Notes under the pieces: generated by a model
Databases searched by the model: none
What the model saw: only the letters and a program-made list of their open reading frames with translations
What the model was told of the DNA's origin: nothing
Position numbers and translations under genes: made by a program
DNA from: Promethearchaeota archaeon
Lineage (GTDB): Archaea > Asgardarchaeota > Lokiarchaeia > Sigyniarchaeales > SOKP01
Direction of reading: 5' to 3'
Assembly (NCBI GenBank): GCA_019058365.1
Contig: JAHPZE010000009.1
Span: forward strand, 32,001-96,000
Length of the DNA: 64,000 nt
In this document: piece by piece, positions 9,709-21,043 of the stretch
Layout of the letters: every line of letters starts with the position of its first letter
How positions within the stretch are numbered: position 1 is the stretch's first letter

Positions 9709-10578
9709 ATGATCCAGTACATTAACATTCTTACGAAAGACGGTAAATCGTTGTTGTTTAGGAACTATGGTAGTTCTGAAGTTGATAGAGATTTGTTAGC
9801 GGGATTTCTAAGCGCCTTTTCAGGCTTTATGAAAGAAATTAGTCAAAGTGATATTAAAAGTACACAAACTGAGGATTTCAAATATTATTATACAATCATT
9901 GACACTATTATAATTGTGGTATGTACGGACCTCGAGGACGATGATTCGGTCGTGAATTCGAAGATATTAAGCATAAGAACAAAATTTAATGATAAGTATG
10001 GGAAAATTCTTGAGAATGAAAGTTGGGGAGGAAATCGTAGTATTTTTACTGAATTTGAACATGAATTAGATAATATTATTTTAGGTGCTATTAAAGTATC
10101 GATTATAGGATTTGGGGGCGTTGGGAAAACTACATTAACAAAATTAATCTGTGGAAAGAATGTTGACCTTGAATATGTTCCTACAATTACAGCTGATATT
10201 GCTGCTTATGATGGCGATGAATTTGAAAGATCTATAACATTATGGGATTTTGCAGGACAATCCCAATTCAGATCTTTATGGAAAAGTCTTTTACAGGGAA
10301 CTGATATTACATTACTGGTTACAGATTCTACATTTGAGGGGATTAAGAATTCAAAAGAAATAATCCATGATATTTTAGATAAATTTTATCATGATAAATT
10401 AGTCATAGGCATTGCGAACAAACAAGATTTACCAAATAGGCTTACACCAGAATTTTGTGAAAAAATCATCTCCAGCGAAAGCCGTGTTATTAAGACTTAT
10501 GGTATGATTGCGATTGAACCTATGTATCGAGAGAAAATTTTAGCAATTTTGAAAGAAGCTATTAAAAAAATTTCATAA
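9709..10578 (+). CDS. Longin domain-small GTPase fusion
   Basis: N-terminal longin pattern (INILTKDGKSLLFRNY...DLLAGFLSAF); GFGGVGKT, WDFAGQ, ANKQD. Confidence 0.9.
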   Translation: MIQYINILTKDGKSLLFRNYGSSEVDRDLLAGFLSAFSGFMKEISQSDIKSTQTEDFKYYYTIIDTIIIVVCTDLEDDDSVVNSKILSIRTKFNDKYGKILENESWGGNRSIFTEFEHELDNIILGAIKVSIIGFGGVGKTTLTKLICGKNVDLEYVPTITADIAAYDGDEFERSITLWDFAGQSQFRSLWKSLLQGTDITLLVTDSTFEGIKNSKEIIHDILDKFYHDKLVIGIANKQDLPNRLTPEFCEKIISSESRVIKTYGMIAIEPMYREKILAILKEAIKKIS

Positions 10579-10619
10579 ATTTTTAATATAAATAAAAAAA
10601 TGATTTCAATCTGTTTTAG

Positions 10620-12380
10620 GTGTGTAATTTGATTGATTTTGAAAAAGAGGATATTAAATTCGAACAGAAGGAAGAGGGAATAAAAATTTTAAAATTACCC
10701 GAATTAACGGAAGAAGAAAAGGAAATTGTCGACCCAATTGTTGCTCCTACGTCAGGATTACGAATTCAACTTCTTGACATTAAAATCACAGATGAGAAAG
10801 AAAAATATGTTTTGACCAATAGAAAACTCTTTCTATTTCTTAGAATGTTCAAAGCTATCAGTCGAAAATTTAAAGAAATGAAAAACAGTCAAAATTTAAA
10901 AATTTTAATTTTTACAGATGACCGACCAACTAAAGATCTATTACTACAATATTGTTCTGAAATTTTCGCTTATGATGGATTTGAGATTTATTATCAGAAA
11001 GATAATCCCGGAGAATCAAAGATTTCTTCTCCCTATGGAGCAGCATCAGTTGCTTTATATGAAGATATAAAATTAGTTATTGTCTTAACTGCAAGCCATA
11101 ATGATTTATCTTGGAATGGTATAAAACTATATATTGATTATCCTATCCCAATATCAGGTGATTTACTCAAGGATATTTCAAAAAAAGCACTTAAGGTGAA
11201 AGAAATTTCATTTAAATCAGACTTCATACCTAGATCTCTTGAAGCAGAACAAAAAAATAATGATTATGTAATTAACTTGTTATCAAAAGTAATAGAAATA
11301 AACAATATAAAAGGTAAGAATATAGTTATTTGGCCTTATTTAGGTAAAGCTAGAGGTATTGTAAACCTATTTAAGCAATATGGAGCAAATCTTACTGTTG
11401 TCGATGAAGAGCTTAATCCACCTAATCCTTTAAAAAATATAAAAGAATCAAAACTTCAACAGATAATGACTCAAGCCGACTCAAATATTGCAATTTTATT
11501 AGATGCTGATAGAGATAGAATTGTTTTATATGTTAAAGAGAATGAGAAATATTTTACATATATACCAAATGAAATCTATTCTGCAATGCACAATATTTTA
11601 GCAAAGGAATTTAACAAAAAAATTATAAATGTTAGGACAATCCCTAGTGATTTACGGGGAGATGATTCCAGCTTTATAAATATTTTAACTGGGGTAGGAT
11701 ATAAACATTTAGGTATAATAATGTATTTTCTTCTTGGAATTGAAGTAGACCAGTCAAAAATTGATACTGCAATAATGTATTTTGAAGATGAGAATAAAAA
11801 TTTAATAAAGATTAACAATTCTGCTCCACTTAGACAACAAATTATTCAATTAATGGAAAATAGGCATCTAGAAGAAGAATCTTTTTTAATGGTATATTGG
11901 GAAGAAAGTGGAGGACATACATTAAATATCTTAAACGTTTCAAAAAATAAAAATACAGGGATTTATGACTTTAAAACTGATTTTACAATCATTGCAGACA
12001 AGTATCCTGTTCCAGCACTAGCGTTAATCACCGAACTTATTTGTATGGGACATAATATTTCGGAATCAATTGATTGGTCAATTAAAGGAATAAACCGCAC
12101 TATACCCGCTAATGACGAAGAAAAAATCAAAATTATGAAGCATTTTGAAAAAAATAATGGAAAACGAATTACCATTTATAATAAGGATTATGAAGTTCAA
12201 GCATTATCAGATAATAATGGCATGATTGATATTTATCAATTGAAAAGTAATGACTCAACTCTTTATTTCAGGCCAAGCGGAACAGGTCCAGAGGTTAGAT
12301 TTTATATTTTTGGAAAGGTAGAGACTCACTTAGATGAAATTGAAAGAGTTCAAGAATATGTAAAAGAAAATTATAGTTAA
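10620..12380 (+). CDS. Divergent phosphoglucomutase/phosphomannomutase
   Basis: TASHN catalytic Ser, DADRDR metal loop, WEESGG sugar loop, RPSGTGP phosphate loop. Confidence 0.85.
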   Translation: MCNLIDFEKEDIKFEQKEEGIKILKLPELTEEEKEIVDPIVAPTSGLRIQLLDIKITDEKEKYVLTNRKLFLFLRMFKAISRKFKEMKNSQNLKILIFTDDRPTKDLLLQYCSEIFAYDGFEIYYQKDNPGESKISSPYGAASVALYEDIKLVIVLTASHNDLSWNGIKLYIDYPIPISGDLLKDISKKALKVKEISFKSDFIPRSLEAEQKNNDYVINLLSKVIEINNIKGKNIVIWPYLGKARGIVNLFKQYGANLTVVDEELNPPNPLKNIKESKLQQIMTQADSNIAILLDADRDRIVLYVKENEKYFTYIPNEIYSAMHNILAKEFNKKIINVRTIPSDLRGDDSSFINILTGVGYKHLGIIMYFLLGIEVDQSKIDTAIMYFEDENKNLIKINNSAPLRQQIIQLMENRHLEEESFLMVYWEESGGHTLNILNVSKNKNTGIYDFKTDFTIIADKYPVPALALITELICMGHNISESIDWSIKGINRTIPANDEEKIKIMKHFEKNNGKRITIYNKDYEVQALSDNNGMIDIYQLKSNDSTLYFRPSGTGPEVRFYIFGKVETHLDEIERVQEYVKENYS

Positions 12381-12506
12381 AATAATTAAAGCTAAATTCT
12401 CTCTAACTCCTTTTTATTCTCAAAGATTTAATTGTAATAAAAAATTTAGACTAATTAATATAAGTACTTTCAAATTTTAAAAATTATAAATGAAATTGAC
12501 GAAAAA

Positions 12507-13766
12507 ATGTTTCAAGAGAAAATTGTTAATGATCAAATTCTCGAGAAGATGTCATTGGAAAATGTCTTCAAAATCTTTAATGATAATGTTTTTCCAATGC
12601 TAAATAACGAAGAACAAGAGTATTGCAATAAACTTCAAGAATTTTGCTTAGATTTACATCCAAAAATCGATAAATCAAAAGATGTCTATGGGCTACTTCC
12701 AGAACTTGGAAAGCATGGTTATATACAACGAATAAATCCATGGAAAGACTTCAAACCCTATGGAATGAAAAAAGAAATATTATTAGGCGCTCATCTCTCG
12801 TTGTTAGACCCTCAATTGGAACTTGCACGATTAGCAACCGGAATATTATGCGGAAATCCTACTTTTCATTATTATGAACATGGAGGAGGTTCTGATATTC
12901 CTTTGAAAGTGCAAGATGAGCTTTTATCTGGACAAAAAATTGGCTGTATAGGTATTACTGAACCTGAGAGAGGTTCTGATGCTGTTAATCTGACAACTAA
13001 ATGTACAAAAACCGATGAGGGCGTTATATTTAACGGAGAGAAAGTTTATACCACCAATGGTGCGGTTGCTGATTATTTTGCATGTTATGGTGTGTATGAT
13101 GAAGGAAATCCAAGAGATACGATGGTACAAGCTATCATTGCCCGTGATTTTGGAGTAAGAACCGAACGATTAAAAATTAATTCGGTACCGCGAGTCCAAA
13201 TTGCACATACTATATTAGATAATGTTTTAGTACCTCGAGATTATGTACTTGCAGATGATGGACTTGGATATAAAAGACTTTTTGAAGGATTAGTTCCTGA
13301 GAGACTATCAATAATGGGAAGTGGAGTAGGAATTTGCTGGGCAGGATTAGTTTATGGTATTATTTATACCAATTTAAGGAAACAATTTGGTAAACCAGTG
13401 ATCAGATATCAAGGTGTCGGATATGGATTGGCAGATTTATTAACAAAAACAAATGCTGCGACCGCTTTAGCTCTACAAGCCGCAACTGTATACGATGAGA
13501 GAATCTTATTTGCAGAAAAACCTTCTAAAGAAGCAGAAAAATGGGTTGCGTCTATTTCTTCTCAGGGTAAATACTATTTAGCAAAACTTACGCATGAAGT
13601 CTGCTATGAAGTTCAACAACATATGGGGGGTATATCAATTACAGATAATACCCCTGTTGATGAATTATCCGATATCAGTAAAATTGAAGAAGTAATTGGC
13701 GGATCAAGAAACATCCAACTTCTTTTAATTCAATCCCAAATTCAGAGATATACTGGATTATTATAA
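12507..13766 (+). CDS. Acyl-CoA dehydrogenase
   Basis: ITEPERGSD, NGEKVYTTNG, ERL, RKQFGKP, QHMGG. Confidence 0.92.
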   Translation: MFQEKIVNDQILEKMSLENVFKIFNDNVFPMLNNEEQEYCNKLQEFCLDLHPKIDKSKDVYGLLPELGKHGYIQRINPWKDFKPYGMKKEILLGAHLSLLDPQLELARLATGILCGNPTFHYYEHGGGSDIPLKVQDELLSGQKIGCIGITEPERGSDAVNLTTKCTKTDEGVIFNGEKVYTTNGAVADYFACYGVYDEGNPRDTMVQAIIARDFGVRTERLKINSVPRVQIAHTILDNVLVPRDYVLADDGLGYKRLFEGLVPERLSIMGSGVGICWAGLVYGIIYTNLRKQFGKPVIRYQGVGYGLADLLTKTNAATALALQAATVYDERILFAEKPSKEAEKWVASISSQGKYYLAKLTHEVCYEVQQHMGGISITDNTPVDELSDISKIEEVIGGSRNIQLLLIQSQIQRYTGLL

Positions 13767-13892
13767 TCCCTTTTTTTATTTTTAAAAATTAAATATTTAT
13801 CAAAATTTTTAAAAGTGTAAAGAGAGAGGTAGTCTAGACGTTAAAACTTATTTTTTGATGTTATTGTTTAAATGGAGTAAATTATACGAAAA

Positions 13893-15083
13893 TTATCTTC
13901 TCATTTTAACGAAATTACCAGATTTCATTAGCTTACAGGGATTAAGATAATTCTTTCCGGTCTTTTCTGCGACATCTTCTAGCAATTTGGACCACTTTTC
14001 GAAATTAAGTTTACCAGCACTAAATGGACCAGGCATATTAGTTCCTTTTAACATAATCTCATCAATAATTTTATAGCCAGAAACGATCCCCTCTTCCAAA
14101 AGCTTACAACCTTCATTTAATTGTATTGCTAAATGAATTTCAGGGTTAAATAAGCCTGCTTTTTTACTTAAATTTACATTTGGTCTCCCGGTCGTCCAAT
14201 CATAAAAGCCTTTTCCTGTCTTTTTTCCAAAATTTCCTTCTGTTATGAGTTTAGTAAGCACTTTACCTGGAGCAAAATCAGGTGAAATATATTTTTCATA
14301 ACTCTTCAGACTATTATAACTAACATCTATTCCAAGATAATCATTTAATTGACATGGACCCATTGCTATTAACTGTCCTGCTCCAGCATCAGCATCAATC
14401 TGTTCCCATGGAATGTCCTTTTCATATGCTTGGTCAAAAATCCAGTTTGAATATATAAGTGAAGGAATTAATAATCTATTCGCAATAAATCCTGGGCTTT
14501 CCTTTTCAATTCGTACTGAAAGTCTGTTTCCTTTAACACAAGGTAATTTTTCACCAATAGCTACACATATATCTAATACTTCATCGGAAGTTCTTTCCCC
14601 CTTCATTATTTCAACACAGCACTGATTAGCAACTGGAGGAAAAAAATGCATTCCAATAACCTGTTCTGGTCTTTTTGACTCTTCCGCAATTTCAGTTATT
14701 CTAAATGTTGATGTATTTGAGGCAAAAATACAATGAGAAAGTGAATTTTGCATTACTAAGTTACACACTTTTTTTTTAATCTCTATTTTCTCCACAACTG
14801 CTTCAAATACAAAATCAGCATCCTTAACTGCAGAAATCAAATCTATAGATTTTGCACAGTTTCTTAAAAGATCGTCAGTAGAGATACCTACTCCCAACTT
14901 TCCCTTATTTTTGATCCTTTCTAAGCCTTCCTCAATTTTTTTGAACCCATTATCTACAATTTCTTCTTTTAAATCAATTAAAATGACATTATAGCCTGCC
15001 ATTAGTGCTACTTGAGCAATCCCATGCCCCATTATTCCTGCTCCGACCACACAAATATTTTTAATTTTGTTAATATCAAGCAT
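13893..15083 (-). CDS. 3-hydroxyacyl-CoA dehydrogenase
   Basis: GAGIMG Rossmann, EAVVE, ASNTS, GMHFF, GKKTGKGFY. Confidence 0.92.
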   Translation of the reverse strand: MLDINKIKNICVVGAGIMGHGIAQVALMAGYNVILIDLKEEIVDNGFKKIEEGLERIKNKGKLGVGISTDDLLRNCAKSIDLISAVKDADFVFEAVVEKIEIKKKVCNLVMQNSLSHCIFASNTSTFRITEIAEESKRPEQVIGMHFFPPVANQCCVEIMKGERTSDEVLDICVAIGEKLPCVKGNRLSVRIEKESPGFIANRLLIPSLIYSNWIFDQAYEKDIPWEQIDADAGAGQLIAMGPCQLNDYLGIDVSYNSLKSYEKYISPDFAPGKVLTKLITEGNFGKKTGKGFYDWTTGRPNVNLSKKAGLFNPEIHLAIQLNEGCKLLEEGIVSGYKIIDEIMLKGTNMPGPFSAGKLNFEKWSKLLEDVAEKTGKNYLNPCKLMKSGNFVKMRR

Positions 15084-15198
15084 TTTTAATCAACAATAGG
15101 AATCTATCTCAATTCTTCGTTTAATTATTAATAGATACTTGTTATATAGAATTTTTTTTTAAAATTTCTTGAAGTGAAAAAAAAGAAAATTATACTGT

Positions 15199-15645
15199 TT
15201 ATTTATCTAAAATTTCCTTTGCTGGAAAAGCTAATCCTGCTACTAGCAGTCCTAATCCAACTATAAAAGTAATCATACTAACGCCATAATAACCTATGTA
15301 TATTTTATATATTATGAATGTTCCCCAAGTTAAAGCTCCTGAAATTAAAAGTGCATACCAAGACCATTTTTCACCAATTTTATAACTCTTATTGTTTATG
15401 AAAAGAACTAATACTCCATTAGCTAATAACACAAATCCAATCAATTTCTTTGTTATTATATAGATCTCCGCGTAGGTGGGGTTACTAGCTAAGTAACTCG
15501 CATAGGTCTCATTTGTGTACCACAAAAAATCGCTCACAAACATAATTTCGGTTACGAATATCCACAAAACGCCCATAATTAGGATATAAAATCCCATAAA
15601 ATTCATTAAAAAATGTCCAATTTTAAGGTTTTCCATAAATTTCAC
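15199..15645 (-). CDS. Four-TM membrane protein
   Basis: Four hydrophobic segments; GEKWSW motif. Confidence 0.8.
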   Translation of the reverse strand: MKFMENLKIGHFLMNFMGFYILIMGVLWIFVTEIMFVSDFLWYTNETYASYLASNPTYAEIYIITKKLIGFVLLANGVLVLFINNKSYKIGEKWSWYALLISGALTWGTFIIYKIYIGYYGVSMITFIVGLGLLVAGLAFPAKEILDK

Positions 15646-15769
15646 TTGAATTGCTTATGTAGTTTTGTTATTTCTAAAAGAATATAAATTTATTTCAGAT
15701 TTATATAACTGTATTAGTGAATGCTTCTTCTAATGGTTAAAAAAAGAAAAGAGAATTTTATAAGTGAAA

Positions 15770-18616
15770 TTATTTTCTCTTAAATGAAAAGTTTTTAAGT
15801 TTCTCCAGTGAAATTTTCCCCTTTTTTAAAAGTATTCCCAAAATTACACCAATTATAGCTATTCCACCAACTATTGATACAACAATAATAATTATAACAG
15901 TTGGATCTAATCCTCCAGAGGGAATACCTTTTATTATTATTACTTCTTCAAATGCTTCATTTCCTACAATATCTCTCGCAAAGAACGTGATGGTAACACT
16001 ACCTTCAGGTAGTACATCCCAAGCAGCTTGATTAATAGTTCCGTTTTCTGTAAACGTATAATTATTTAATCCGCCATCAAGTGTATACCACATCTCATAT
16101 ACATAAATATCAGTTACTTCTATGTTGAAATTGGGAGCTGTATTGCCAAATCTCTCACCTTCTAAAGGTGAATTAATAATTATCCTTGGTGCACCATCTT
16201 CAGCTATTGGCAAATAATCGATACTTCCCGCAGAACCACCTATATACGTATATGGGTTATCCACAATCCCATCTTGTGGGCTTACATCTGGACCTGTGTG
16301 ATTATCCCAGTAATTACCAATTATGGTATCATTCCACTTGTTATCAGATCCATCATCAACAGCATGTTTTCCATTTTTCAGAAAGAAATTTTTATAAACT
16401 GAATTGCTACCGCAATTAGATTCAAAAAATATTCCTTGGGTGTTATTATATATAATGTTTCCAATAATAAAATTCTCATTAGAATCATCCTGGATATATA
16501 CCCCTGTATTCTTGCTATTGTCAACTGTATTTCCCGAGATTGTATTATTATTGCTTCCCTCCAGACCTATTCCAAGTTCATCATTATTGTTTGCTGTATT
16601 TCCTATTACATCATTAAAATCACTGTAATATAAATACATTCCTTCCTGATTCCCATTAAAATAATTTCCTAAAATAATATTATTATAGCATTCATCCTCA
16701 AGAAAAATCCCATTATAAATATTATCATTTGCAGAATTCTCGCTAATATAATTGTGATCACTCCTACTTAAATAAATTCCTGCCCTATCATTATTATTTG
16801 CTATATTTTCAATTATACAATTGTAATCACTATCCTCTAAATGAATCCCATCGCAATTTCCATTTGCTATGTTTCCAGAAATAGTATTATTATAACAAAA
16901 ATACCATAAAACTATCCCTTGATCGTTATCATTTGCGCTATTTCCTGATAATGTATTATTATAACATTCTTCTAAATATATTCCTTCTTCAGTGTTTCCA
17001 TTTACAATATTATCGATAATATAACTGAAATTGCATATGTTTATATAGATCCCCTCATCATTATTATTTGCGGTGTTTCCTGTAATATTGACGTAGTTGA
17101 TTGCATATCCATAAATCCCATCAATATTATTATCATTTGCAGTGTTTTCATAAATAGTGATGCTATTGCTATATTCTACGTATATCCCATTATCATTATT
17201 AGAACAATTATTATTGATTAATCGAGAATTATTCACATTATCAAAATAGATTCCTGCTTCATCAGAATTATAAATCAGGCACTCTTGAATTATGAAAGAG
17301 ACATTTGAATTTCTGATATCAATGCCATATTTTTCTGTTCCAAAACCGCTAATTATAAGATTTTCAATGATATATGGATCCAAAGATGTTCCTGTTCCAG
17401 AGCACCAAGGTTGACTTTTTGCCCACGTCCAATTATGTGCACCAACTCCAGTAGCATAATCATTTATAAAAATTGGTAATTCCACTGTAGGAGATGAGCA
17501 ATCGTTATATTCTATAATATTTCCTTCGCAGTAGGTTTCATAAATACACCAATTATTATCTTCTAAGGAATTTCCTGTGATATTATTATAGTTACTATTA
17601 TAATCAAGTCTTATACCTAAATCGCTTTTATTTATTGTATTATTCTTAATCTCATTGCTATCAGAATTATAGTATAAATATATCCCTATTTCAAGGTTAT
17701 TATTGATGGTATTACCTATGATATTACTATTATCGCAATCCTGTAAATATATCCCACGTTTATTATTGTTAATACTATTACCAGTTACATTAATATAATG
17801 ACAAGTATCCAAACAAATCCCTATTCCTCCATTATTATTTGCTGTATTGTTGATAACGGAATTTTCATTATTATTATATCTGATATATATGCCATTAACA
17901 TTGTTCTCATTCGCTGTATTATTTAAAATAATGTTATTATCGCTTCCACCTTGAAAGCTGTTTATAAATATACCATATTGATTATTGTTGTTTACAATAT
18001 TTAGTGTAATGTTATTATAATTACAGTCAGTTTCCAGTTGTATTCCATCATTATTATTATTTATTACATTCCCTGTAATGTTATTATATTCGCAGTTCGT
18101 ATCGAAATATAATCCATTCCATTCATTATCTTTTAGTGTATTCTCTATGATTTTATTTCCATCACTATCAATTAAATAAATACCCTGTTTATTACCTGAA
18201 ATAGTGTTATTTATGATGGTTCCATTATTTGTATTCTCCAGCCAAATTCCCGAATCAAAAAAAGAGTGATCTGCATTGAATATCGTACAATTCCTAATAA
18301 TAAAATATTCATTCACCGAATTATTTATTAAAATTCCATTTCCTGTAGGTGAATCACTTGCATCAATAGTTACATTTTCAATAAAGTAAATTCCATTCTT
18401 AAAATAACACCAAGAATAATTACCAGCAGTCCAAGACCAATTTTTAGGATTACTATCATCAATATGGATGAATGAAAGATTATAACCTCCTGAGCTTTTA
18501 GGATCAATTTTAATAGATTTATGATTATCAATTAAATTCATATTTTTACTTATCGATAAAGGAACTAAAAACCCCAATATTATTAAAATTACTAATTTAT
18601 ATCTTTTAGACATCAT
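15770..18616 (-). CDS. Membrane-anchored parallel beta-helix (NosD/pectin-lyase-like) surface protein
   Basis: Signal-like N-terminus; many GIYL..S.NN.I..N repeats; GNYWD; Ig-like domain (WYTLDGG); C-terminal TM plus basic tail. Confidence 0.9.
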   Translation of the reverse strand: MMSKRYKLVILIILGFLVPLSISKNMNLIDNHKSIKIDPKSSGGYNLSFIHIDDSNPKNWSWTAGNYSWCYFKNGIYFIENVTIDASDSPTGNGILINNSVNEYFIIRNCTIFNADHSFFDSGIWLENTNNGTIINNTISGNKQGIYLIDSDGNKIIENTLKDNEWNGLYFDTNCEYNNITGNVINNNNDGIQLETDCNYNNITLNIVNNNNQYGIFINSFQGGSDNNIILNNTANENNVNGIYIRYNNNENSVINNTANNNGGIGICLDTCHYINVTGNSINNNKRGIYLQDCDNSNIIGNTINNNLEIGIYLYYNSDSNEIKNNTINKSDLGIRLDYNSNYNNITGNSLEDNNWCIYETYCEGNIIEYNDCSSPTVELPIFINDYATGVGAHNWTWAKSQPWCSGTGTSLDPYIIENLIISGFGTEKYGIDIRNSNVSFIIQECLIYNSDEAGIYFDNVNNSRLINNNCSNNDNGIYVEYSNSITIYENTANDNNIDGIYGYAINYVNITGNTANNNDEGIYINICNFSYIIDNIVNGNTEEGIYLEECYNNTLSGNSANDNDQGIVLWYFCYNNTISGNIANGNCDGIHLEDSDYNCIIENIANNNDRAGIYLSRSDHNYISENSANDNIYNGIFLEDECYNNIILGNYFNGNQEGMYLYYSDFNDVIGNTANNNDELGIGLEGSNNNTISGNTVDNSKNTGVYIQDDSNENFIIGNIIYNNTQGIFFESNCGSNSVYKNFFLKNGKHAVDDGSDNKWNDTIIGNYWDNHTGPDVSPQDGIVDNPYTYIGGSAGSIDYLPIAEDGAPRIIINSPLEGERFGNTAPNFNIEVTDIYVYEMWYTLDGGLNNYTFTENGTINQAAWDVLPEGSVTITFFARDIVGNEAFEEVIIIKGIPSGGLDPTVIIIIVVSIVGGIAIIGVILGILLKKGKISLEKLKNFSFKRK

Positions 18617-18805
18617 TGTATATTTTTATCAAATTTTTTTTGGTTAAATATGTTGATGAGAATGAAATATTTAAGATTTTTGAAATCTGAATTTATTATC
18701 TATTTTAGTTAGAATGCTGTGAAGGACGCATAACCAATTGTGTTTATATGAACACTATTTAATTATAAAACTTTTGAAATGAACACATTATACCAATTCG
18801 TAAAA

Positions 18806-19588
18806 TTAAAACAAATGAATTAAAGCAATAATTGATAAGATAATAGATTTTAAACCGATCACTAAAAGAAACAAAATTACAGCAATCTGAAATTTCTTAA
18901 CAGAGATTTTAGGTGTTATTTGATGACCTAATTTAGTTCCAAGAAATATAATTGGAAATACCAATATAAATACGATGAGAAGTTCATATGGGAAGATATC
19001 TCCAAGAAAGTAAAATGGTATCCTCGAGAGTGACAATATAGTCCCAATAGCACCAAAATTTTCGATAAAACTTTCTCGGTAATGCCCTGTCTTTTCTAAT
19101 AAGGCTACATTAATAGGTCCCGCTGCACTAATTAAACCCGTTAATAATCCATAAGAAAATCCGCCAAAAAAGATAATGGGGGATGTTGTATTAATTTTAT
19201 TTTTAATTACCATATTTTCGGGATTTTTAAAGTATATAATGAGCTTTAAAGAAGAATAAGTGAGAATGAAAATTCCCAGAACCAATTCTATCCATTCTAC
19301 TCGAAAACTTATAATTAAATAAGTTCCTAGGATTGTTGCTGGAATGCCTAATGATAGGAATCGGAAAAAATAACCTTTATCCAAAAATTTACGGTATTTT
19401 ATAAAATTCAATAAAGCAGGAAAAGTTCCCCAGATATTTACCAGTATTACTGCATTTTTAATCCCTATTATGGGAGTTATAATAGGTATTAAGACTAAAG
19501 CATCTCCAAATCCGATAATACCGTAAACCATACTCGAGAAAAAGATTGCAATCAATGAAAGATAAATAATCATATTATGGGATTTCAA
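18806..19588 (-). CDS. TauE/SafE family (sulfite exporter-like) membrane protein
   Basis: GIIGFGDAL and GLLTGLISAAGP internal repeat motifs; ~8 TM. Confidence 0.85.
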   Translation of the reverse strand: MKSHNMIIYLSLIAIFFSSMVYGIIGFGDALVLIPIITPIIGIKNAVILVNIWGTFPALLNFIKYRKFLDKGYFFRFLSLGIPATILGTYLIISFRVEWIELVLGIFILTYSSLKLIIYFKNPENMVIKNKINTTSPIIFFGGFSYGLLTGLISAAGPINVALLEKTGHYRESFIENFGAIGTILSLSRIPFYFLGDIFPYELLIVFILVFPIIFLGTKLGHQITPKISVKKFQIAVILFLLVIGLKSIILSIIALIHLF

Positions 19589-19675
19589 AAATTAGATAAT
19601 GTAAAAAGCTTTTTAGATTAAGACTTTTTACAAAAAAATCAATTATTCAGACATTTTTTAAAATTTAAAAAAATC

Positions 19676-20416
19676 CTAATATTCTTCATTAATCCTTTTT
19701 TGAGGACTTTTTTTCTTTTTACCAAAAAGAAGCTTTTGGTTTTTTTCTAAAAACTTAGGGCCGAATCCAGTTAAATCCTCCAATGGTCCTTTTATTCCTT
19801 TAATTCGACCTGTCCTTGTATATACGATTTCAGTATATTTAATAGCTCTAAATACTTCATATGGTGTTTTAAAATTATCTATTAATGTACTTGCCTTTTT
19901 AGAACCTATATCTGCTAAACCTTCTATTATAAAAGACCTTCTTTCTTTTTTAGACATTGATTTAGGCGCTTTTCTTGAGAATATAGGCATACTATCTTTT
20001 ACTTGTTCCCTATAAGCTATTCTCTCAATAACTATTGCAGTATCCTCCAGATTTCTAGTAGGGATTACAGAAATCCCTAATTTGTAAGATATAAAAGAAA
20101 GAGCACCATAAATCGAGGAAATTTTCATACCTGTATTTTCAAATACCTCATCATTCAGACCTTCCAATATCAAAATCGGATATTGATATGTATCTTTTAA
20201 TCGAAGTAATTGTTCGAATAATCTATTATCCATAATTGATGATACAAAATCAAATCCTTCTTTTCTTTCTATTGCAACCTCGCTGGAAACAACAATATCG
20301 GCAATATCTAATTGTTTTGAATCATATGTTATTACATCTTTCTTAGTGTCTAATAGAGCCATTAATTTCTGTTCTCTATTATCAATAATTACATGGAGTA
20401 GTTTATTTTCACTCAT
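19676..20416 (-). CDS. ERCC4 (XPF/Mus81-type) nuclease, short form with HhH
   Basis: IIDNRE, ADIVV, IERK, DNRLFEQL; HhH LADIGSKKA; no helicase domain. Confidence 0.88.
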   Translation of the reverse strand: MSENKLLHVIIDNREQKLMALLDTKKDVITYDSKQLDIADIVVSSEVAIERKEGFDFVSSIMDNRLFEQLLRLKDTYQYPILILEGLNDEVFENTGMKISSIYGALSFISYKLGISVIPTRNLEDTAIVIERIAYREQVKDSMPIFSRKAPKSMSKKERRSFIIEGLADIGSKKASTLIDNFKTPYEVFRAIKYTEIVYTRTGRIKGIKGPLEDLTGFGPKFLEKNQKLLFGKKKKSPQKRINEEY

Positions 20417-20512
20417 ACTACTATTTAAAAATTAATGAGTTAAGTATTAAATATTTCACATTTTAGTTATTAAACTATTAATCTTAAATTTAAAAATAAA
20501 AATTTTCAAAAT

Positions 20513-21043
20513 TTAGCTAGGAATTTCTTTTTCTTTAGAAATCATAATTAATGTTTGATTAAATCCTTTCAAATAATTTGTAATATCTCTTATATGGTAT
20601 AATTTATTATGTACTACAATAAATAATATAAATAAAAGCCCCGCAATCTCAGTAATTATCACTAATGGATCTGTCCATAATTTTCTAAGCCAATAAATGA
20701 AGGGTTCTTCAATGTAAGGAAAATCATAAGAAAAAAAGGGATAAAATAATGGGACATATGGAAGATCCAATATGATATGAGAAATGAGTCCGAAAAGAAA
20801 GGGAAGAGAAATACTTTTATTTCTTTTAGTGGAAAAATGGACAATTAAAAAACTTATAATTACAAAAAGTAGGTTATGAGAATAAAGTCTTCCTCCTCCT
20901 AAATCTAAAAGGAATAGTGGTTTATCAATTATATCTGGAAGTAACGCACCAATTATCAATGATAACCGATTGATTTTTAATCGTTTAATTCGCGGAATTT
21001 CCGTTAAAACTAAAGGCAGAGCAACATGGAATATTAGATAAAT
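20513..21043 (-). CDS. Membrane metal-dependent hydrolase (YdjM/DUF457-like)
   Basis: GALLPDIID, YSHNLL, SHIILD. Frame extends upstream to IYLIFHVALP, possible ATT start at 21043. Confidence 0.8.
   Translation of the reverse strand: MYLIFHVALPLVLTEIPRIKRLKINRLSLIIGALLPDIIDKPLFLLDLGGGRLYSHNLLFVIISFLIVHFSTKRNKSISLPFLFGLISHIILDLPYVPLFYPFFSYDFPYIEEPFIYWLRKLWTDPLVIITEIAGLLFILFIVVHNKLYHIRDITNYLKGFNQTLIMISKEKEIPS

Noticed and set aside
16300-18300. CRISPR or tandem DNA repeats
   Set aside because: Repetitiveness reflects Asn-rich beta-helix codons; there are no identical repeats with spacers.
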